Source: Setoptus koraiensis (Eukaryota; Animalia; Arthropoda). From it: a stretch of DNA of 64,000 nt. The notes beneath the pieces were generated by a model that searched no databases, was not told the origin of the DNA, and saw nothing but the letters and a program-made list of their open reading frames with translations. The stretch spans positions 17,360,001-17,424,000 of the forward strand of contig CM106586.1 in the NCBI GenBank assembly GCA_048013815.1, in the 5' to 3' direction. The position numbers were made by a program, and so were the translations under genes. How positions within the stretch are numbered: position 1 is the stretch's first letter; the number at the start of each line of letters is the position of its first letter. Positions 1 to 8,239 of this stretch are shown here, piece after piece.

Positions 1-764
1 ATAACAACAAGTTGTTCTTGTTTCTCTAGCCGTGGGCCAACACACAACGACTGAAGAATGTTGTTGTCGTCGTTCCTCTTCTTCGTTCCTATTCAAAGGC
101 TTCTTCTATCAAAAGGCACATTCGATTCTTTCTCTCTCTCGCTGTCTCGTTCTTTCTAGCTTGCCGAGCTTTATACCGACTCTGTGAACTGCTGTGTTTA
201 GGACTCACTCACAAGCTACTAACACAGAGACTAAAAAACAACACCAACAACAACGACAACAAGCGGATAGCATTGATAAGATGTTTGTCCTCGCCGAGCG
301 CGGCCACCTCCACCACAACAACTTGAGAGAGTGAGACAGACAGATAGGCTAACTGACAAGCTAGTTTCATGTGTTAGTAGTCCACACTAGACCAGTCCAA
401 GACAGGACAACACATAACAAGCTAGACAGCGGGACAAGCTGGGCAAACGCAGTGACTGGTGGCGCAGCAGATCATTTCGTTTTCATTCGCTTGATATCCA
501 CCATTATCATCATTAGAGCTCATCATCATCACATACGTCATCATCATTACCTTATCTATTGTATCCTCAAACATTTGTTTGTGTATATATTATTACAACC
601 CTTACTTATCTATTATATTGTCACTATAATATTATTTAAGAAATATTGTTGCTGCTGAATTACATACATAATAGCTACAACATAATAGCGGCAACAGTTT
701 AAATAGCTTGCCAATTCAATTAATTCTACTGAAGATCAAGAGCCTCATAAATAGTCATAGAAAC

Positions 765-2123
765 ATGCAACAAGTTTGGAGGGAGGCATCGTCGCTCATC
801 ATAGTGACTAGGGCTTCACTCAGGACAACAATAGAGTCAGAAAACGCAATTATAAAATCAACTATTATTGATGGCGTCACACATTATAAATCCAATAGCG
901 AAATTAATTTAAATTCAACACTAAATAATAGTAGGCCTACGCATGATCACAATGAGAGAATGTCAACAAAATTATCTAATACTGACTACAGGGTGATGAT
1001 GGTAAAACGTAGCGGACTGAGCTCATTTTTAGCCTCTGCTTACGTATTTCCTGGCGGCAGAGCCGAGCTAGCCGATTTCTCTTCTAGGTGGTGGGATTTA
1101 TTCAAGAGATTCAATTTAACGCACGAAGACATGTCTGTTTTTTCACAATCAATATCTGGCCCAAGGCCGTCCATAATCACTAACCCAACCATCCTAAAGA
1201 ATGCTTCCAACATTACACATCCTGAGAATTTCCTGCCAGCTGATATTGGTTTTAGGATATCGGCATTACGTGAGACTTTTGAGGAGACGGGCGTGCTACT
1301 ATTGACACGTCCGGGCGACGACGCCGATTCATATCAGCCATTGTCTGATCGCGACAATGTCAATGTCAATCTGTCCATGTGGAGAGATAAAATTAGAAAG
1401 GATCCTGCAATGTTTTTAGAATTGTGCTTGGAAACAAATTTGTGTCCTCATTTATGGTGCCTATATGAATGGTGGAATTGGTTGACACCAACCAGTGTGG
1501 GTCACAAGAGATGTGACACAATGTTTTATGTTTGCTTTCTCGAGGTTGAGCCTAAGGTTGTTCTCGACAATGAGGAGGTTACAACACTTAAATGGTGCAC
1601 ACCATCGGGAATGTTAGATGAACATTCGACAGCGGACGTGTTCCTTGCCCCTCCACAAGTGTATGAGTTATCCAGATTGTGTAATTTTACAGAATTTGAT
1701 TCACTAAGACAATTTGCCATTGAACGTCAGTCAGAAGGAATTGAACGATGGTTGCCGGTAATTTCCACATATCAGGACGGAGCTATAGCTCTGTTGCCAG
1801 GTGAGAGAGACATACAACTCGATATCGACTGTTCTTCTATTCGAATTTGTTTGCTAAACTAACCAATTACTCTCTATCAATTTTTAACATGTGTTACAGG
1901 CGACGAGTTTTATCCGGAGAAGCCCGATTATCATGGCCGAAAGCCTGTTCCAGATTATCCAGACACATTGGCCAATATGGCTAGCAAGGCCAAGACTTGG
2001 AATCGCCTTGAGATGAGAGGTCCTGTGTGTCATGCAAGGGCAAATGTCAAGCCGGCATGTGGTCATCTATTGCCTAAGGCACATGAGCAATTGGCGCATG
2101 CAGTACTGTCGCCAATGATATGA
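765..2123 (+). CDS. NUDT19: Nudix hydrolase 19-like acyl-CoA diphosphatase, 419 aa, 2 exons: join(765..1800,1900..2123)
   Basis: Seen: first ATG at 765 gives MQQVWREASSLII; YVFPGG motif; Nudix box RISALRETFEETG; WWNWLTP..GHKRCDTMFY; LAPPQVYELSRL. The track ORF runs into an intron: donor CAG|GTGAGA at 1801, branch-like ACTAAC near 1858, acceptor TTACAG| at 1899. Splicing gives LLPGDEFYPEKP...NRLEMRG...SPMI* (TGA 2121-2123), matching the remembered NUDT19 LPGD..YP C-terminal region. Total length 1260 nt, in frame. Confidence 0.88.
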
Positions 2124-2203
2124 GCAATTGCAAAGTAATAGTGTGGTTATTGAATCAATGAGTAATAAAATACAAAGACTGTAAAGAACAGCAATATCAC
2201 TTG

Positions 2204-2785
2204 TTATCTATGGTTCAGATAATATTCTATTAAAGTAGAGAAAACGGCAAATCCCACAGCTCCGAATATACCTCCCTTGACACCGGCTCTCAAACCTATG
2301 CAACCACCAGTAATACCGCCAGCTAGTGTGCCGTTTTTCCAGTCGGTCTTGGCTCGGTAACTTTCTATTGAGCATTCCGTTACGGAAAACATTGCGCCTA
2401 ATATTGCAAAATTTTTGGCTTGGCTCAGAGTTCTAGTTTTCATGTCTAGCAACACCGATTTGACTGTTTGTTTCTGGTAGTCTACTGCTGTTGTGAGGTC
2501 AGGTCCCAGACTGGCGCTGAATAGTCCTATGGCTGCACCCAAGCCAAAGCCGGCAACACAGCTCATGACGGCCTTGAAGGCACATGAGTCGAAAGCGTTC
2601 TGTATCATCATTTCTTGGGGGCTCCTTAGTAAGCCTGAGCCATATTGATTTGGCACAATAATGTTCGTTCTGTATTTGTACTTGGTGTCCGGATTTATGA
2701 ACCTCTCCAGCAAGAAGCTGTATTTTAATTCTTGCGGCTCTGCCAAACGCTCCTGATCGTCCGTTTGATCCTCTGGATGTTCCAT
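2204..2785 (-). CDS. TIMM22: Mitochondrial inner membrane translocase subunit Tim22, 193 aa, intronless
   Basis: Seen: ATG-initiated ORF with FDSCAFKAVMSCVAGFGLGAAIGLF, AKNFAILGAMFSVTECSIESYRAKTDWKN and GGITGGCIGLRAG. These are Tim17/22/23 family motifs, with the two conserved Cys of Tim22 (established knowledge). Confidence 0.95.
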   Translation of the reverse strand: MEHPEDQTDDQERLAEPQELKYSFLLERFINPDTKYKYRTNIIVPNQYGSGLLRSPQEMMIQNAFDSCAFKAVMSCVAGFGLGAAIGLFSASLGPDLTTAVDYQKQTVKSVLLDMKTRTLSQAKNFAILGAMFSVTECSIESYRAKTDWKNGTLAGGITGGCIGLRAGVKGGIFGAVGFAVFSTLIEYYLNHR

Positions 2786-3266
2786 GACGAAAAAGGATGG
2801 GATAATTTTTGAATTGTCTAATAATGTGTTGTGATGGGCCCAAATACTATAATCTGATTACCTTTATTGTTGCTTGCAGAAGAAATGTCCTCGTGATTAT
2901 TTCTGCGATTGCAATCCAAGCGCCATGTGTTCGAATGTCCGTCTCATGTGCAACACATCCCAACAGTGTTGCAGCGTGTTGACTGTGCCTATTCTACCGG
3001 CGGCACAGATCGAACGCAATGGAGACGCACTGTCTGGCGCAGTGCTGCGATGAGGAACTTGGCCAGAAAGTTCGACGCCGCATAAACGATTACAACTATA
3101 GCATTTGACGCCCCACTTTCACTAGACTCTTGTTTAATGTGTTGTTAAAATTGCATATCATTGATGAATTAGCCAAATAGCAAGCAAGATGCAATAGATT
3201 ATCGACCATATTAATGAATTATATTATTTTTTGTTTGTGCAACAGCCTAGGTATATAAATTTTGTA

Positions 3267-4190
3267 ATGGACTCAGCAGATTTGGGCACAAAGGTGCTCA
3301 TGAGAATAAAGGAAGTGAACCGTTGCATCGCGAGACTTAAACGAAACCAGGGCACAAAGAGGAATTCGCAAGGTCAAGAACTCGGCACTCAATTGGATAG
3401 ACACAAAGGCGACATCGAAAGCTTAGCCTCGTCCTTGGTGGCCGGAAATCATTACGAAGTAACATCGCACCTATTGAAAGACGAGTTTTGTAACAAATGT
3501 ATCATAGACATAAGAAAGGTGTTACAAATGTCAAGAGATAGAGCACATACAGATGCATTGTTGAACTGTTTATTCACCAAAATAGCCACCATTGTGAGGG
3601 ACGAGAAACGATTCGACCAAGTCACCTGTGCGCTACAGGCGAAAAGGGTCAATCTTCTATTCAAATTTGCTACATATTGTCACATAGAGGGTCAGGAAGG
3701 TGGTCCAACAACTAGTAGTGGCTCGAGGCAGAGGAGGGATTCAAGGAGACGAGACAGTCAAACAACTGGCGCTGCTGGTATACCAATGGATGGACTTCCC
3801 GCACTGGTGTCCCTATCGGATCTGATCAAGGAGTTTGCGGTGACCCTGGTGTACGTAAATCAACAGGATATAGTCAAGGGAATTAAACCATTCTTAAACA
3901 TACAGTACATTTGTGAAATTCTCAAAAGAATAGTGATGGAATTCACCGAGAAGAGAATAACTTCTGATCAAAACACGGATCCCAACAACAACATTCTCAA
4001 TGTAGATCGTTTGAGGGACTGCATACAAAAGTGTATAACTACATTTGATGAAATCAGAAAAGAATTTGGGAGAGTATATAAAGAAAACCTTCATGAAATT
4101 GATTTCATGTTCAACACAGCCATCGAAGACATACATTCATCACTTATTCTGTTTCTCGGAACATTGCCCAAAGGCAAAAAAAAGACTTGA
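3267..4190 (+). CDS. Hypothetical, probably alpha-helical protein, 307 aa, intronless
   Basis: Seen: 924-nt ORF from the first ATG (3267) with ordinary amino-acid composition, sitting between two conserved genes. No domain recognised. Confidence 0.7.
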   Translation: MDSADLGTKVLMRIKEVNRCIARLKRNQGTKRNSQGQELGTQLDRHKGDIESLASSLVAGNHYEVTSHLLKDEFCNKCIIDIRKVLQMSRDRAHTDALLNCLFTKIATIVRDEKRFDQVTCALQAKRVNLLFKFATYCHIEGQEGGPTTSSGSRQRRDSRRRDSQTTGAAGIPMDGLPALVSLSDLIKEFAVTLVYVNQQDIVKGIKPFLNIQYICEILKRIVMEFTEKRITSDQNTDPNNNILNVDRLRDCIQKCITTFDEIRKEFGRVYKENLHEIDFMFNTAIEDIHSSLILFLGTLPKGKKKT

Positions 4191-4320
4191 ATAGCGCGCC
4201 ATGTCTGGGATTTTAATTCCATCTGATTTTCAATGACGACATTTGTGCGTAACCTCTCTAACCAGCACTATACCAGGATCTTGTTTATTTATTTATTTAC
4301 ATGGTGTTTTGGTTTCAAGA

Positions 4321-5403
4321 ATGAACGGCCCCTCGTTAGAAGCCATTAGAAAATTTAAAGAATTGCAGGCCAAAAAGAAGGAAGAGGAAAAACTAAAATT
4401 CAATGAATCAAAATTATCAACTTTAGAGCACAGAGCTGCTCAAGGCGACAAGAAGGCAAAAAGGCAACTCAAGCTCCTGGAGCAAGCCAAGGTTGATCAA
4501 GATGCAAGGGAAGCTAGGGAGGCCGCGAGGAGAGAGAAAGAAAGGGAGAGACAAATCAAAACAAATATTCAACCCGTTGTAAAAAAAGAAAAAGAAAAGG
4601 AAACAAGAAAAGACCTCAGCTTTGAAGAGCTCATGCAGATAGCAAAGAAAAACAAAAATATTCCTACTGTGACGAATCCTGATAAACCTACAATCAAAAA
4701 AACAAAACAACAGCCCACTTCCCTCGTCACTGATCACCAAAAATCTATCAATAGTTCTAATGTTGTTAAGGCTGCACAGCCATCCAGTTCAATTAAAGTC
4801 CCTGTGGTACCCGTCACCCCAAAAATTCCTGCCGACCAGGCAAGAGCTACATTTATCAAGGCTAGCCAACAGCCAAAACCTACATTTATCAAAAATAGCC
4901 AACAGCCACGACATACATTTATCAAGGCTAGCCAACAGCCAAAACCTACATTTGTCAAGACTAGCCAACAGCCAAGACCTACATTTGTCAAGACTAGTCA
5001 ACAGCCGAGACCTACATTTATTAAGACTAGCCAACAGCCAAGAGGCTATATTCATCACCGAAGAGGATACAATGATTACGATGAAGATGAGGATGAGGAT
5101 GAATATGATGACCTAGACGACTTCATAGATGATGGCGATGGCGACGATGAATCCCAATTAGAACTTTCTAAAACTCTTAGAAGCGTCTTCGGTTATGACA
5201 AACATAAATACGCCCGGAGGGAGGCTCTCTTGGATGCGCAAGCTGAAAGAGAGTACCGTAGTATAGGGAAGGTTTCCAATTTTGAAGATCTCGAAAGGGA
5301 AGAAAGACGCTCGGCTAAACTTGCCGCCGCGGAAGACAGAAAAGCCGAACGGGAAGAAGAGGAGAGAAGAGCGAGAAAACTTAAGTTGAAGTCAAGAGGT
5401 TAA
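4321..5403 (+). CDS. SPTY2D1: SPT2 chromatin protein / histone chaperone homolog, 360 aa, intronless
   Basis: Seen: Lys/Glu-rich N-terminus, LSFEELMQIA motif, low-complexity middle, and C-terminal DDLDDFIDD..ELSKTLRSVFGYDKHKY..FEDLEREERRSAKLAAAED, which matches the remembered SPT2 domain consensus. First ATG is 4321; the track start at 4243 is not an ATG. Confidence 0.88.
   Translation: MNGPSLEAIRKFKELQAKKKEEEKLKFNESKLSTLEHRAAQGDKKAKRQLKLLEQAKVDQDAREAREAARREKERERQIKTNIQPVVKKEKEKETRKDLSFEELMQIAKKNKNIPTVTNPDKPTIKKTKQQPTSLVTDHQKSINSSNVVKAAQPSSSIKVPVVPVTPKIPADQARATFIKASQQPKPTFIKNSQQPRHTFIKASQQPKPTFVKTSQQPRPTFVKTSQQPRPTFIKTSQQPRGYIHHRRGYNDYDEDEDEDEYDDLDDFIDDGDGDDESQLELSKTLRSVFGYDKHKYARREALLDAQAEREYRSIGKVSNFEDLEREERRSAKLAAAEDRKAEREEEERRARKLKLKSRG
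4843..5040 (+). repeat. Coding tandem repeat, 33 nt x6 (11 aa, [RK]xTF[IV]KxSQQP), inside SPT2
   Basis: Seen: RATFIKASQQP KPTFIKNSQQP RHTFIKASQQP KPTFVKTSQQP RPTFVKTSQQP RPTFIKTSQQP. Confidence 0.95.
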
Positions 5404-5485
5404 TTGCGAATCTAATCAATAATAGAAGAAAAAATTAATTTTTAGTCAGATCATTCTTCACCCAATGTACCCAATTCACTTTGTT

Positions 5486-5496
5486 AATAAAATAAA
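5486..5496 (+). terminator. Tandem AATAAA polyadenylation signals, likely for SPT2
   Basis: Seen: AATAAAATAAA about 85 nt after the SPT2 stop. The assignment to SPT2 is inference. Confidence 0.5.
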
Positions 5497-5726
5497 TAGC
5501 CATATAATTTAAATCAAGGTTGGCGCTTGTTAGCCCCTTAGGGGGGGACATGCGTTGACAACCCACCAATATTCGTTTGTGCGCATGGGTGATTGCTCTT
5601 GTCGTGCTTCTGATGGGCTTCATCAGATGGTCGACCGCCATCATTATTCAATATCATTATACGCGGCATTGTATCATTATTATTATTGTATATTATTATT
5701 ATTATTATTGTATATTCAATTATATC

Positions 5727-6119
5727 ATGTCGACCGATCATTGCCAACAGATTTGTCTTAGGAAGGCCACCGGACACAATGGTGGTCTATCACTGGCCTT
5801 TGCGCAAATGTACAAGGATGAGAGCCTGGTTGATGTAACGCTAAGTTGTGGAAATGAACAAATACACGCTCACAAATTGGTTTTATCCGCTTGTTCTCCA
5901 TATTTTAGGAATATATTTGAAAAACAAAACAACACCTTCCACTACCCCATTGTGTATATTGAAAACATGGAAATGCAAGATTTGAGATCTATTGTAGAAT
6001 TTATGTACAAAGGCGAGATATACATACCAGAGGAAAGATTGAATTCTCTCATAAATTGTGCTAATAACCTACAAATAGAAGGTCTTGTACACGATTCCGG
6101 TCTCAATGAACAACATTGA
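5727..6119 (+). CDS. Stand-alone tramtrack/bric-a-brac/lola-type BTB domain protein, 130 aa
   Basis: Seen: LVDVTLSC..AHKLVLSACSPYFRNIF..HYPIVYI..LRSIVEFMYKGEIYI..ANNLQIEGL, a ttk-type BTB consensus. ATG at 5727 follows an (ATT)n tract; the upstream part of the track ORF is microsatellite. Stop follows 9 codons after the domain. Confidence 0.85.
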   Translation: MSTDHCQQICLRKATGHNGGLSLAFAQMYKDESLVDVTLSCGNEQIHAHKLVLSACSPYFRNIFEKQNNTFHYPIVYIENMEMQDLRSIVEFMYKGEIYIPEERLNSLINCANNLQIEGLVHDSGLNEQH

Positions 6120-6333
6120 AACATTCACACTCATATACATACACATGCATATAATGGAGCTCTATTAACATTTGTACATTCATAAAAGAAAATCACAATT
6201 TTCAAAACCGAATCTGGCCTGACAAGATAACCTCACAAACTCGCACTGGGTACCGAAACGTGGCCTCTCTTCGCAAGTCGCAGAGGTAATCTTATTTTAG
6301 CACATTACAAATTAAGTGACCATATTTACGGTG

Positions 6334-7104
6334 CTAATTAATTCTTTTCAAATGCACGTTTGGATAAGGCCAAGCACTAACTTCTTTTTCGCTATTTTGT
6401 GCTAAACGTAAACCGGCATACCACCTTTTATCATCGTGTTCAAACTCTGGATAGGTTATGCGACCAATTATTTGACAAACAATTGCCGCCGAATACAGCG
6501 GCGAAACAGACTGATTGGTATAGACAACGCTTTCCATGAATTGCTTGTCATCAACATTCTCTTCTTTAGCACGAGCTATGAGATTTAGTATAGCACGTCG
6601 AAAATTGAAAAATGTCCTACTGTCTGCTCTGTAGGGGAGACACAATGTTTGCGATTGTCGCAGAAATATGTCTTTTTTCGAATTGAACTCGCTATCTTTG
6701 GAAAGTCTGGAAACCAGAAACTTGTCAATATTATCCATGAATTCTCGTTGTATCTGAGAATTGCCACTCTTTAAGCCTGCAACTATTCGAAGAACTTCTT
6801 TCCTGTCGATTTTGCTTGATCTTGGCACTCCTGTGGCCAGTTGTAACACTTTCATCATTTGCCGAGGCCAACGATGTTTCTTGCTCTGACTATGCGCTCC
6901 AGTGAACTTCGAAACTGCTAATGGTCCGTCAAAGCTCGATTCTTCTGTGTACCATTTCTCCACCTCTTTGTTTATCAAGTCTATTTGCTCGGAAAAATGG
7001 CTCCGACTCGTGACCAACAATATCGAGCAACAGCTTACGATGATCACTGTAGTTGCGACCACGCAAGCAGTGATAGTGCCGAGCGATTTCATTCTGTAAT
7101 TCAT
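6334..7104 (-). CDS. Hypothetical protein with N-terminal signal peptide or membrane anchor, 256 aa, intronless
   Basis: Seen: ATG ORF with a hydrophobic segment (ITACVVATTVIIVSCCSILLV) followed by a globular-looking region. Alternative start at M5 (7092). No family recognised. Confidence 0.72.
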   Translation of the reverse strand: MNYRMKSLGTITACVVATTVIIVSCCSILLVTSRSHFSEQIDLINKEVEKWYTEESSFDGPLAVSKFTGAHSQSKKHRWPRQMMKVLQLATGVPRSSKIDRKEVLRIVAGLKSGNSQIQREFMDNIDKFLVSRLSKDSEFNSKKDIFLRQSQTLCLPYRADSRTFFNFRRAILNLIARAKEENVDDKQFMESVVYTNQSVSPLYSAAIVCQIIGRITYPEFEHDDKRWYAGLRLAQNSEKEVSAWPYPNVHLKRIN

Positions 7105-8227
7105 GGATCAAACTAATTAATTGAATAGGATTGACGTTTGCTTGACATGGAGTGATCAAACATAGGTGATAATAATAAGTGTAAATTTAATCTTATCTGA
7201 CTATGCTACGTGTAGAAGTTGAGGCATCGTAGTGAATGGCTTCTGCACTTTTTACAGAAATCCATTGTTGTTCCCCACCTTACTATAAATATACCAGACA
7301 TACGTTGTCATTTGATAAAACTTTATACTATTTTGGTGCCATATTAATGTTGTTAGCACACTAACAATGCAACAGTAACATGATAAAATGTCGCTAACTG
7401 CGGCGAGATCTGCAGTGTTTTCGACAAGTTTGGTCTGCTCGAGAAAAGATCGCCAATGATGGTAGAGCCACTTTAAAATGAAGGAAGCCGTCTGGCGGTA
7501 GACTCGATCAATATTTGGAGTGGCACACTCTGATGGAGGCTAGAGATGGAGCCACTTGCAGAGGCAGTATTACGTAACATAAACACCAAGCACTGCTTGT
7601 TATTATTGAGAGAGAGAGAGAGAGAGGGAGAGAAACTAGCGAGAGAAAAAACTAGTCGCCAGCGTAGTTGTTGTTGTCGTTTGGCGCTTCTTCGAATTCC
7701 ACTGACAATTCTCAGATTCGAAACGTAAACTGTGTGTGTGTGTGTGATTCGAACAATAAAAAGTTTTCTTTCGTGTGTGACACTTTCATTTGATTCCTTA
7801 TCTTACATCATATTGTTGTTGCGCGAACGAATGATACGGCGAACGAAGGAGGAGGTCGATCTAGCCAGCGCGAATGTTTGTCATGCTGGATGAATCATTG
7901 TTGATCTCGTCGAGCTACAGTTGACATCTAAGAGTTTGCACGGCGCCAACAACAGCATTAGTATAGACACCATTGACTTATTTTGACTCCGTGTTCGCCA
8001 TACCAGCAACTATATCGCAATCAACATTCGAATGAGCCTACCGAAAGTTTATCGATGCGCGCCAAAAGAATTGTTAGTGTCAAGATAGTGAAAATATTTT
8101 AATATAAGTACACTCAACCAATTGAATAACTGATCAAATAGTTTTATGAATAATAAATACTTCAAGTAATAAACAAGTGACAAACACATCAAAGACAATC
8201 AGCACAGCAACCTCGACAACGAAACAA

Positions 8228-8239
8228 CAACAGGTGAGT
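8228..8239 (+). other. Consensus 5' splice donor (CAG|GTGAGT), possible end of a non-coding 5' exon of a + strand gene
   Basis: Seen: caacag|gtgagt with GT at 8234, downstream of a (GA)n region near 7600 that diverges from the 7104 gene. Linking it to the Spaetzle-like gene is inference. Confidence 0.3.

Noticed and set aside
2499-2843. 114-aa ORF overlapping the TIM22 start in another frame
   Set aside because: It is a shadow of TIM22 and its ATG may lie upstream of the TSS. There is no independent evidence, although a regulatory uORF cannot be excluded.
5435-5644. 69-aa minus-strand ORF and a 7-bp hairpin (TCTGATG-GGCTT-CATCAGA) between SPT2 and the BTB gene
   Set aside because: No recognisable motif; it overlaps the SPT2 3'UTR and the BTB promoter and is within chance expectation.
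6224-6293. 11-bp stem with one mismatch enclosing 48 nt in the shared 3'UTR, containing CGAAAC
   Set aside because: There is no CUGANGA hammerhead core or SECIS quartet, and a stem this short is expected by chance.
7455-7537. ATGATGG...CTGA with a 3-bp terminal stem, resembling a C/D snoRNA
   Set aside because: Imperfect C box, no clear D'/C' boxes, and no rRNA complement that I could recognise. An Infernal/snoscan hit would reverse this.
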